From Vulcanimicrobiota bacterium (lineage in GTDB: Bacteria > Vulcanimicrobiota > Vulcanimicrobiia > Eremiobacterales > Eremiobacteraceae), in assembly GCA_963805945.1 (NCBI GenBank), contig CAWDVP010000002.1, forward strand, positions 448,001 through 512,000: a stretch of DNA of 64,000 nucleotides, in the 5' to 3' direction. The translations under genes were made by a program, and so were the position numbers. Positions within the stretch are counted from its first letter, which is position 1, and every line of letters begins with the position of its first letter. Under the pieces are notes generated by a model. The model worked only from the letters and a program-made list of their open reading frames with translations, had not been told where the DNA came from and made no database searches. Positions 42,959 to 51,570 of the stretch are shown here, piece after piece.

Positions 42959-44596
42959 TCAGATCGACCACGCCCAAGTGTTCCAAAACGGCGTCACCGC
43001 GTGCGCCGGCAGGTAGTTCTTGAAGTCCGTGTTGATGACGTCGAGCCGCCGCACGTACCAGACGACGATGAACGGCAGCTGGTCTTGCATCTCTTCTTGG
43101 ACGATCGCGTAGTCGGCTTTGCGCTTCGCCTGATCGTAGTTGACGAGCGCGTCGGCCTCCGCATTGTCGAGCCGCCGGCTGCAGAAATGGTAGATGTTCC
43201 AGCCGTTCGGCGGCGCCATGCCGCACCGGATCAAGATGGAATCGTCGGGATCGATGCCGTTGGCCCACTCCTCGTAGGAGACGTCGAACTTGCCGGTCTG
43301 CTCGATGCCGTCGTTCGCCAGCGTCGCGTAGAGCTGGTTCGAGGGGAAGTTCTTGATCTCGATGGCGATGCCGAGCTGGTGCCACTGCTCCTGGATGACC
43401 TGTTGCGCGCCGGTCACCGTGGACGAACCGGTGAAGCCGACCATGGTGAGCGCGAGCGGCTGTCCGTTCTTGCTGCGCATGCCGTCCGGCCCGGCGTGCC
43501 AGCCGGCCGCGTCGAGCAGGGCCGCCGCGCGTTGTGGATCGTACGGATAGGTCTTCGCGCGCGCGTCGTACGCCCATAAGAAGCTCGGCTGATCGGTGTC
43601 GCCGACGGTGTTGACGCCGTGGCTGACCTTGTCCACCAGCTCCTGCCGGTTCGTCGCGTACGCGAGCGCCTGACGGACGCGCACGTCGTCGAGCGGCGGG
43701 TGCGACGCGTTGATGCCGATGTCGGCGAACTGCGTGAACTCCGTGAGCACGATCCGCGTGCCGGGCAGGCCCTTGAGGCTGGGCATCTGCGCTTCGGTCG
43801 CACGGTAGTAGAAATCGATCTCGTGGCTCTTCAGCTGCGTGAGGATGGTGTTGTCGTTGCCGATGATCTTCCACTCGATGCGCTGCAGCTTGGGCGGGCC
43901 GCGCCAGTACAGCGGGTTGGCGACGAACGTGACGTGCGAGCCGCGTTCGTACTCGACGACGCGGAACGGCCCCGTGCCGACCGGCAGGCGGTTGTAGGCG
44001 ACGTGGCTGATGTTCGGGTATTGCGCGAGCAGGTGCTTCGGCAGGATCGCGACCGTGTTGTTCGCCATGGTGAAGAACGAATTGACGAACGGCGAGAAAC
44101 GCTTCTTCAAGTGGATGACGACGGTGGCGTCGTCGCGCTTGTCGATGCGGTCGATGACGTCGTAGCCGACCCGGCTCACCACCGGGTTGTCCAGATTGAG
44201 CATCTGACGCCAGGTGTAGATGACGTCGTCGGCGCCAAACGGCGCGCCGTCCTGCCACTTCACTCCGCGCCGGAGGTGATAGACGATGGTGAGCCCGTCT
44301 TTGCTCACGCCGCCGTTGGCAAGGGTCGGTACCGAGGCGGCCAGTTCCGGCACGAGTTCGTTCTTGTCGTTCCAATTGAAGAGATAGCCGGCCCAGAACA
44401 TCGCGAGATCCTTGTCGATGACCTCGGTGCCGAGCAGCGTGTTGAGGTTATCCGGCTCCTGGCGGCTGGCGACGCGCAGCACGCCCGGGTGGGTCCACGG
44501 GTTGCCCTGGCCCGCCGTGGGAGCTTGCGTCGAGATCTTGGTGCAGCCGGCGAGCAGCACTGCCGCAGCGATGGCTCCCAACCGGCGTGCGCTCAA
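42959..44596 (-). CDS. Family 5 (peptide) ABC substrate-binding lipoprotein
   Basis: LLAGC lipobox; YHLRRGVKWQDGAPF, PVGTGPF, DVRVRQALAYA. Confidence 0.92.
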   Translation of the reverse strand: MSARRLGAIAAAVLLAGCTKISTQAPTAGQGNPWTHPGVLRVASRQEPDNLNTLLGTEVIDKDLAMFWAGYLFNWNDKNELVPELAASVPTLANGGVSKDGLTIVYHLRRGVKWQDGAPFGADDVIYTWRQMLNLDNPVVSRVGYDVIDRIDKRDDATVVIHLKKRFSPFVNSFFTMANNTVAILPKHLLAQYPNISHVAYNRLPVGTGPFRVVEYERGSHVTFVANPLYWRGPPKLQRIEWKIIGNDNTILTQLKSHEIDFYYRATEAQMPSLKGLPGTRIVLTEFTQFADIGINASHPPLDDVRVRQALAYATNRQELVDKVSHGVNTVGDTDQPSFLWAYDARAKTYPYDPQRAAALLDAAGWHAGPDGMRSKNGQPLALTMVGFTGSSTVTGAQQVIQEQWHQLGIAIEIKNFPSNQLYATLANDGIEQTGKFDVSYEEWANGIDPDDSILIRCGMAPPNGWNIYHFCSRRLDNAEADALVNYDQAKRKADYAIVQEEMQDQLPFIVVWYVRRLDVINTDFKNYLPAHAVTPFWNTWAWSI

Positions 44597-45400
44597 TGGT
44601 GGTCCTTCCGCACCGCGTCAGGCCGCGCGCGCATCTCATCGATGAGCTCCACGATGCCGGTGGCCGCGGCGGCCATGAGCTTCTCGCCCTTGGCGGCGGT
44701 CGCTTTGGTGGGATCGCCCATGACGCTGGACTTCGATAGCGCGCTCCAATGCTCCATCATGACAAGCGGTCCGTCGCCGCCGACCAGGTCGGTCCAATAG
44801 TTCTTGGTGGGCTTGTGCGACAGCTCGCGCACCGCCTTGGACATGTCCACCAGGTCCGGCCGCAACGCGAGATAGATGGACGTCTCGAACTCGCAGGCGT
44901 GGTTCATGCCGCCGATCTTGTCCGACTCGCGCAGCGCTTCCGCCGCCGCGTGCACGCCCGGCGCGTTCCAGTAGTTGACCGCCGCTGCGAGCGCGCTCGT
45001 CTCCACCACCGTTAGCCGTGCCATGACGTCGACGAACGGCGTGTTGCTGCCGTGGCCGTTGACGATGAGGATGCGCTTGAAGCCGTGGTGCGCCAAGCTC
45101 TTGCACACGTCGACCCCATAGCGGATGAAGGTCTCGGCGCCGATGGTGATCGGCCCAGGGAAATCCATGTGGTGCGGGCGTGTAGCCGTGGTTGATCGCC
45201 GGCACGAGCACCGCGCGGTCGGCCGCCAGGGCGACCGCCCGTTCGCAGACCGCGGTGCAGAGCAGCAGATCGGTGTCGATCGGCAGATGCAGGCCGTGAT
45301 CCTCGAGCACCGCGACGGGGACGACCGCGACCTTGCGGGCGGCGGCTGCCTCTTTGATCTGCGGCCACGTCAAAGCGCCGTAGTGATACTCAATCGCCAT
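44593..45400 (-). CDS. Creatininase-family amidohydrolase (one apparent frameshift near 45175)
   Basis: LTWPQI, PVAVLEDHGLHLPIDTD, HHMDFPG, VNGHGSN, HACEFETS, VMGDPTKATAAKG. Confidence 0.9.
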
Positions 45401-45461
45401 AGCGCCGCGCTTCTCCGCACGACGGCCCAAAAACTTCCCATATGACGGGACGGAATTACGC

Positions 45462-45533
45462 TTGACAGCCTGTTATCGGCGAGTTATACTCCTATCGTAC
45501 TAGTGAACTAGTATAACAGTTAATAAGAAAGGA
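45462..45533 (+). promoter_or_regulatory. Consensus sigma70 promoter, GntR(YtrA)-type operator and RBS
   Basis: TTGACA-17 nt-TATACT (45462-45490); inverted repeat TACTAGT-GA-ACTAGTA (45498-45513); AAAGGA (45528-45533). Confidence 0.85.
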
Positions 45534-45540
45534 ACCAGTC

Positions 45541-45663
45541 ATGCTAAGCAACCGCACCAACAACGACGGAGCCCAGACCATCGAGGACCTCAACCACCCG
45601 TTCGTCCGCCTGCCCATCGCAGGTACCGTCACCGTGTTCCAGGGCTGGGGCCCGAGGATCTAA
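45541..45663 (+). CDS. 40-aa peptide, first gene of the ytr-like operon (absent from ORF track)
   Basis: MLSNRTNNDGAQTIEDLNHPFVRLPIAGTVTVFQGWGPRI*; strong RBS, host-like codons, fills the gap from promoter to GntR. Confidence 0.85.
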   Translation: MLSNRTNNDGAQTIEDLNHPFVRLPIAGTVTVFQGWGPRI

Positions 45664-45668
45664 CCCAA

Positions 45669-46088
45669 ATGCCAGCCATCTTCACGGTCGACCCGCGCAG
45701 CGGAGTGCCGATCTACCTCCAGATCGTGGAGCAGGTCAAGCGCTCTGTTGCGCTCGGTGTCGTGTCACCGAGCGAGCAGCTGCCCACCGTCAAGCAGCTC
45801 GCGGCCGACCTCGTCGTCAATCCGAACACCGTCGCGCGGGCCTATCGAGAGCTCGAGCGCGATGGCGTCATCGAGACCATGGCCGGCCGGGGCTCATTCA
45901 TCGCCGGCACCGACACCGTCGCAGGCGCGAAGCGCGCCGTCGCTGACGTCGCCGATCAAGCAATCGTCCAAGCGGTCCGCGAGGGCAAATCGATGGGCCT
46001 GAATCGGCACGAATTGGAAGTTTTGTTCGAGCGTGCGCTCGATCGCTGGTACCCCACCGATGCGTCAGAGGAGACAACTGCATCATGA
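45669..46088 (+). CDS. GntR regulator, YtrA subfamily
   Basis: PIYLQIVEQVK, LPTVKQLAADLVVNPNTVARAYRELE, GRGSF; short C-terminal domain. Confidence 0.93.
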   Translation: MPAIFTVDPRSGVPIYLQIVEQVKRSVALGVVSPSEQLPTVKQLAADLVVNPNTVARAYRELERDGVIETMAGRGSFIAGTDTVAGAKRAVADVADQAIVQAVREGKSMGLNRHELEVLFERALDRWYPTDASEETTAS

Positions 46089-47011
46089 CCACGCAACAAC
46101 CCACGATCATCGCGGTCCGCGGCCTGAGCAAGCGCTTCGGCACGACGCTGGCGGTCGACGACCTGTCGTTCGAAGTCGGCAAAGGTTCGATCTTCGGCCT
46201 GCTCGGCACCAACGGCGCCGGCAAGACGACGACCTTCAAGTGCCTGCTGGGGCTCGCGTTCCCGAGCAGCGGCGACGTGCGCTTCGACGGCGAAGCGCTG
46301 CGGCCGGAGCTGTTCGAGCGCATCGCCTACGTGCCGGAGCGCAACGCGCTCTACGGCTGGATGACCGGTAGCGACCACCTTGAGCTGACCAAGCGGTCGT
46401 TTCACCGGTACGACCCGGCGCGAGCGCAAGCGCTGCTGGACCTCTTCGCCTTCGACGTCAAGAAGAAGGTGAAGCAGATGTCCAAGGGCCAGCAGAGCGC
46501 GCTCGCGCTGACGATGGCCTTCGCCATCCGTCCCGACATCCTCGTGCTCGACGAGCCGTCGAGCGGGCTCGATCCGGTGCACCAGCGCCACGTGCTCGAT
46601 CTCATGATCGACGCGGCAGCTGGCGGCTCCACGATCCTGTTCAGCTCGCACCAGATCGGCCAGGTCGAACGCGCGGCGGACCATGTCGCCATCATGCACA
46701 AGGGCCGGGTCCTGCTGGCGGGCGACGTCGAGGAGTTGCGCGCCGGCGAGAAAGTCGTCGAAGCGACCTTCGACGGCGATGCGCCGCTGATCAGCGCGCT
46801 CGAGTCCGATCCGCACGTGCGCCGCGTGATGCGCCAAGGCCGCGTGCTGCGCGCCTACATCCGCGACGGCGGCAACGGCGTGGCCAACCTCATCGGCCAG
46901 GCCAAACCGGCGAGCCTACGCGTGCTCAACCAGAATCTCGAGGATATCTTCCTCGCGGCGGTCGGCGACGATTCGGCGTCGGCGATGGCGTCGCTGAGCC
47001 GGGAGAACTAG
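46085..47011 (+). CDS. ABC transporter ATP-binding protein
   Basis: GTNGAGKTT, MSKGQQ, LVLDEPSSGLD, SSH. Confidence 0.95.
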   Translation: MTTQQPTIIAVRGLSKRFGTTLAVDDLSFEVGKGSIFGLLGTNGAGKTTTFKCLLGLAFPSSGDVRFDGEALRPELFERIAYVPERNALYGWMTGSDHLELTKRSFHRYDPARAQALLDLFAFDVKKKVKQMSKGQQSALALTMAFAIRPDILVLDEPSSGLDPVHQRHVLDLMIDAAAGGSTILFSSHQIGQVERAADHVAIMHKGRVLLAGDVEELRAGEKVVEATFDGDAPLISALESDPHVRRVMRQGRVLRAYIRDGGNGVANLIGQAKPASLRVLNQNLEDIFLAAVGDDSASAMASLSREN

Positions 47012-47013
47012 GC

Positions 47014-47769
47014 ATGTACTACAAGGAGTACTTGCGCGTCCGCAATGCCGGGTTGTGGTATTGCGGAACCGTACTCGTCATCGCGCTCGTGATCGCCGTG
47101 CTCATGACCGTGCCGGGCCTGGACGGCGCGAGCGCGTCGCCCGACCGATCGCCGTGGGCCTTGTATTTCGCGGTCGCTTCCTTCGGAGGGGCGATCATGG
47201 CGACGGTCCTATGCTCCGCGCTGTCGAAGGAAAACGACGGCCACCTCGAACAGGCCTGGACCAAACCGGTGTCGCGCGCCACGTACGCCTCGGTGACCAT
47301 GGCGGTCGACGCGGCCGGCATCATCGTCTGCCAACTCGTGACGTTCGCGCTCATACTTTCCCATATGATCGTCGTCCATCACGCCACGCTGCCGTGGGCA
47401 CCGGACACGGCGTTGCAGCTTCTCCGGTTCACGATCTTCCCGCTCGCGTGGTACGCTCTGCTCGTCGCGTTCAGCGCGAACCTGCGCGGCCAAGCCGGCG
47501 TCGTGCAAGGCTTGAGCTGGGTGGTCGCGTTCGGACTCATCGCGCTGCTCGCGGCGCCGCTGCCGGCAGCGCTGCGTTTCGTGGTCCAGGCGATCGACTA
47601 CCTGAATCCCATCATCTACACCTCATACACCGATGGCAGCGCGCACGTGAGCAACGGCATGGAGCTCGGTGCGTCGTTCGGCGCGGCCGGGAGCGCCGCG
47701 GCGCTCACGGCGATCGCCGTCGCCAGCTGGTTCGCCACCGTGGCGCAATGGCGCCGGCTGCAGGCCTAG
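47014..47769 (+). CDS. ABC permease paralog 1
   Basis: About 6 TMs; MYYKEYLRVRN...ENDGHLEQAWTKPVSR...WRRLQA. Confidence 0.85.
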   Translation: MYYKEYLRVRNAGLWYCGTVLVIALVIAVLMTVPGLDGASASPDRSPWALYFAVASFGGAIMATVLCSALSKENDGHLEQAWTKPVSRATYASVTMAVDAAGIIVCQLVTFALILSHMIVVHHATLPWAPDTALQLLRFTIFPLAWYALLVAFSANLRGQAGVVQGLSWVVAFGLIALLAAPLPAALRFVVQAIDYLNPIIYTSYTDGSAHVSNGMELGASFGAAGSAAALTAIAVASWFATVAQWRRLQA

Positions 47770-47780
47770 GAGAAAGCGAT

Positions 47781-48551
47781 ATGTACTATAAGGAGTTCTT
47801 GCGCGTCCGCAATGCCGTGCTGTGGTATTGCGGGACCATGCTCGTCATGGCGCTCTTCATCACGACGCTCGCCGTGCTGACCCCAGGCAACATCCAGGTC
47901 GACGCGCCGAACGCGACGATCGAGCATCTGCCGTGGGCGCTGCTCTTCGCGGTCGCGTCCTTCGGCGGCGCGATCGTGGCGACGATCCTGTGCTCCGCGC
48001 TGTCCAAGGAGAACGACGGGCATCTCGAGGTCGCCTGGACCAAGCCGGTGTCGCGCACGACATACGCCTCGGTGACCATGGCGGTCGACGCGGCCGGCAT
48101 CTTCCTCTGCCACCTCTGGACGTTCGCGCTCATCGTCATCCCGATACTGCTCTTGGCGCACCACACCGTGCTGGTCACCACCCCGGACACCGCGCTGCAG
48201 CTGTTCCGCTTCACGATCTTCCCGCTCGCGTGGTACGGCCTGCTCGTCGCGCTCAGCGCGAACCTGCGCGGTCAAGCCGGCATCGTGCAGGGCTTGAGCT
48301 GGGTCGTCGCGCTCGGGCTCATCGGAGGGCTCGCCGCGCCGCTGCCGGCGCTGCTGCACGGCCTGCTCCGCACGATCGACTATCTGAACCCCATCATCTA
48401 CGCCAGCTACAGCATCGGCAGCGGGAATTCGACGACCGGCATCGAGCTCGGTACGTCGTACGGCGTGGCCATGAGCGCAGCGGCGCTCACCGCGATCGCC
48501 GCCGGCGGCTGGTTCGCCGCCGTCGCGCAGTGGCGCCGGCTGCAGGCATAG
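47781..48551 (+). CDS. ABC permease paralog 2
   Basis: RBS AGGAG; MYYKEFLRVRN...ENDGHLEVAWTKPVSR...WRRLQA. Confidence 0.85.
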   Translation: MYYKEFLRVRNAVLWYCGTMLVMALFITTLAVLTPGNIQVDAPNATIEHLPWALLFAVASFGGAIVATILCSALSKENDGHLEVAWTKPVSRTTYASVTMAVDAAGIFLCHLWTFALIVIPILLLAHHTVLVTTPDTALQLFRFTIFPLAWYGLLVALSANLRGQAGIVQGLSWVVALGLIGGLAAPLPALLHGLLRTIDYLNPIIYASYSIGSGNSTTGIELGTSYGVAMSAAALTAIAAGGWFAAVAQWRRLQA

Positions 48552-48561
48552 GAGACACGAC

Positions 48562-49326
48562 ATGTATTATCCGGAAGTGCTCCGCGTGCGCAACGGGCTG
48601 CTCACCGCGCTCGTCGCATTGACCGCAGTCGTGGTGGCATTCGCGCTGTTCATCCCTCCCTGCCGATCGTGCCATGTCTCAGTTTCCGCCGAGGTGGGCA
48701 CGATCGCGGTGATCGGCTGGGCCGCGGCGCTGCTTGCGGCAGTTTTCGCCTCCATCTACGCGGCGAGCCTCGCGACCGTCAGCGATGGGCATCTCGAGAT
48801 CGCGTGGACCCAGCCGGTCAACCGGACCGCCCAGGCCATCGGCATCCTGCTCATCGACATAGCCGGCATCCTCGCGGTCTTCGTGCTGGCGTATGGGGCC
48901 GGCTATCTCATCGGCTCGGTGTTCGAAGGGCGCTGGGTGCAGCTCACCTTCGACGGCGCATCGCTGCTCAAGACCGCGCGCTTCCTCGCCTTCCCGCTCG
49001 CGGTGTTCGGCCTCACGCAAAGCTTGACGTCGGGCATCAAAGGCAGCTGGTACGGTGCCGTCGTCGGTCCGGCGTGGCCCGTCATGATGGGGCTGTTCGG
49101 CCTGACGATGCTGCCGCTCGCCGCGCCGTGGCACGCGATCGTGCGCGTCCTCAACCTCCCTAACCCCATCAGTTATTTCCCGTACTGGGAGTTCGACGAG
49201 GGGATCAGGGGATTCCACACCTACGATTTCGGCTATGGCGTGCCGCTCGACGTCCTCGCACTGAGCTTGATCGCGCTCGTCGGCGTGATCATCGCGACGC
49301 TGCGTTGGCCCCGGCTGGAGGCTTAA
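48562..49326 (+). CDS. ABC permease paralog 3 (more diverged)
   Basis: MYYPEVLRVRN...SDGHLEIAWTQPVNR...WPRLEA. Confidence 0.85.
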   Translation: MYYPEVLRVRNGLLTALVALTAVVVAFALFIPPCRSCHVSVSAEVGTIAVIGWAAALLAAVFASIYAASLATVSDGHLEIAWTQPVNRTAQAIGILLIDIAGILAVFVLAYGAGYLIGSVFEGRWVQLTFDGASLLKTARFLAFPLAVFGLTQSLTSGIKGSWYGAVVGPAWPVMMGLFGLTMLPLAAPWHAIVRVLNLPNPISYFPYWEFDEGIRGFHTYDFGYGVPLDVLALSLIALVGVIIATLRWPRLEA

Positions 49327-49497
49327 TCAAAATGCAATATGCGGCCACGAAATTCGTGATGAAGCTCGGCCCGGTGCTGTTGCGCTTCGATTTCGCGCTC
49401 GAGGACAGCCCCGAGCAATAGCGGTCCCGCGCCGTTTGACGGGAAAAAGCCCGCGCGATAGGTAACAATCCCTACCCTTCACCTTCGCGTCGATATC

Positions 49498-51570
49498 GTG
49501 GGAAGCGCTCCTGTAGTGAACTACCTCAACCGGGACATCTCGTGGCTCGATTTCGATGCGCGCGTGCTCGCGCTTGCCGAGAACGAAGCCATGCCGCTGC
49601 TCGAACGCGTGCGCTTCCTGGCGATCTTCGCCCGCAATCTCGATGAGTTCTTCCAGGTCCGCATCGGCGGTCTGCAAGAGCAGCTAAGCGTGGGCGCCGG
49701 AGCGGTCAGCTCCGAGGGCCTGTCGGTGCCCGAACAGCTGCAGATCATCAAACCCCGCGTCGAAGAGCTCGCCGCGCGCAGCGTGCGCATCTTCGCCGAC
49801 ACGCTCAGACCCGCGCTGGCGACGGCTGGTATCCGCTTCGCCGACTGGGGCGACCTCGACGAGGCCGACCGCGCGCACCTCGGCAAGATGTTCTACGAGC
49901 ACGTCTTCCCCGTCCTCACGCCGCTCGCGGTGGATCCGGGCCACCCGTTCCCGTACATCTCGAACCTCTCGCTCAACCTCGCGGTGGTCGTCGGCGACCC
50001 GGCGGCCGCCGAACCGCGTATCGCGCGCGTGAAAGTGCCGCCGCTGCTGCCGCGCTTCGTGCGCCTGCCCGACGGCGAGCGCTTCGTGCCCGTCGAGCAG
50101 ATCATCGCCGCGCATCTCGATTCGCTTTTCCCCGGCATGCAGATCTTGGAGACGCACGCCTTCCGCGTGACCCGCAACGCCGACTTCGCGCTCAAGGAAG
50201 ACGAAGCAGAAGACCTGCTCGAGGCGGTCGAGTCGGTGCTGCGCATGCGCCGCCGCTCGCCCGACGCGGTACGGCTGGAGATCGAGCGCGCGATGTCCGA
50301 CGACGTGCGCGAACTGCTCGCGCGCGAGCTCGAGCTCGACGAAGGCGACATCTACGCGGTGGACGGGCCGCTCGACCTCGGCGGGCTGTGGGCGATCGCC
50401 GACCTCGAGAAGCCGGCGCTCAAGTACGAGCCGTGGCTGCCGCTCACGCCGGCGCAGCTCACCGCGCCCGTCGACCAGCAGCTGCATCTCTTCCGCGCGT
50501 TGCGCCAGGGCGACATCCTCGTGCATCATCCGTACGACTCGTTCCTCACTTCGGTCGAGGCGTTCGTCGATCAGGCGGCGCGCGATCCGCGCGTCATGGC
50601 GATCAAGCAGACGCTCTACCGCACCGGCGTGGACAGCCCCATCATCAAATCGCTCATCCGCGCCGCCGAGGCGGGTAAGCAGGTCGTCGCGCTGGTCGAG
50701 GTCACCGCGCGTTTCGACGAGGCGACCAACATCAATTTCGCGCGCGCGCTGGAAGAAGCGGGCGTGCACGTGGTGTACGGCATCGTGGGCCTGAAGACGC
50801 ACGCCAAGATCACGCTCGTCGTGCGTATGGAAGACTCGGGCATCAAGCGCTACAGCCACGTCGGCACCGGCAACTACAACCCGACCACCGCGCGGCTGTA
50901 CGAGGACATCGGCATCCTCTCCACCGATCAGGACCTCGGCGCTGACCTCACCGAGCTGTTCAACTATCTCACCGGCTACAGCAAGCAGAGCCGCTACAAG
51001 AAATTGCTCGTGGCGCCAGGCACGCTGCGCACCGCGCTCATCGAGCTCATCAAGCGCGAAGCCGAAGCGCCGGACGGACGCATCATCATGAAGATGAACA
51101 ACCTCGTCGATCCGACCATCATCCAGGCGCTGTACAACGCCTCGCAGGCGGGCACGCAGATCGATCTCATCGTGCGCGGCATCTGCTGCCTCGCACCCGG
51201 CGTGCCGGAGGTGTCCGAAAACATCCGCGTGCGCTCCATCGTCGGCCGCTATCTCGAGCATTCGCGCATCATGCGCTTCGGCAGCGACGCGCGCGGGCCG
51301 GAGTATTTCATCGGTTCGGCCGACGTCATGCAGCGCAATCTCGACCGGCGCGTCGAAGCGGTCATCCCGGTCACCGACCCGGCGCTCAAAGCGCGTCTGC
51401 AGGAGATCCTCGACGTCAATCTCACCGACGACGCGCTGGCCTGGGAGCTCGAGGCCGACGGCAGCTGGCGCAAAGTGCCGAACGTGCACAACTATAACAC
51501 CCATCGCCGCCTGCAAGAGCTGGCCACCGCCCGCTTCCAGGCAAACGCGACCATCGACGTCAGTGCTTGA
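49498..51570 (+). CDS. ppk1: Polyphosphate kinase 1
   Basis: YLNRDISWLDFDARVL, NLDEFFQVR, HPFPYIS, HHPYDSF, LKTHAK, GRYLEHSR. Confidence 0.97.
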   Translation: MGSAPVVNYLNRDISWLDFDARVLALAENEAMPLLERVRFLAIFARNLDEFFQVRIGGLQEQLSVGAGAVSSEGLSVPEQLQIIKPRVEELAARSVRIFADTLRPALATAGIRFADWGDLDEADRAHLGKMFYEHVFPVLTPLAVDPGHPFPYISNLSLNLAVVVGDPAAAEPRIARVKVPPLLPRFVRLPDGERFVPVEQIIAAHLDSLFPGMQILETHAFRVTRNADFALKEDEAEDLLEAVESVLRMRRRSPDAVRLEIERAMSDDVRELLARELELDEGDIYAVDGPLDLGGLWAIADLEKPALKYEPWLPLTPAQLTAPVDQQLHLFRALRQGDILVHHPYDSFLTSVEAFVDQAARDPRVMAIKQTLYRTGVDSPIIKSLIRAAEAGKQVVALVEVTARFDEATNINFARALEEAGVHVVYGIVGLKTHAKITLVVRMEDSGIKRYSHVGTGNYNPTTARLYEDIGILSTDQDLGADLTELFNYLTGYSKQSRYKKLLVAPGTLRTALIELIKREAEAPDGRIIMKMNNLVDPTIIQALYNASQAGTQIDLIVRGICCLAPGVPEVSENIRVRSIVGRYLEHSRIMRFGSDARGPEYFIGSADVMQRNLDRRVEAVIPVTDPALKARLQEILDVNLTDDALAWELEADGSWRKVPNVHNYNTHRRLQELATARFQANATIDVSA

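Noticed and set aside
45541..45663. Classical RiPP cluster or ComX pheromone
   Set aside because: No radical SAM, YcaO, lanthionine synthetase, prenyltransferase or C39 peptidase nearby; kept only as an unclassified peptide
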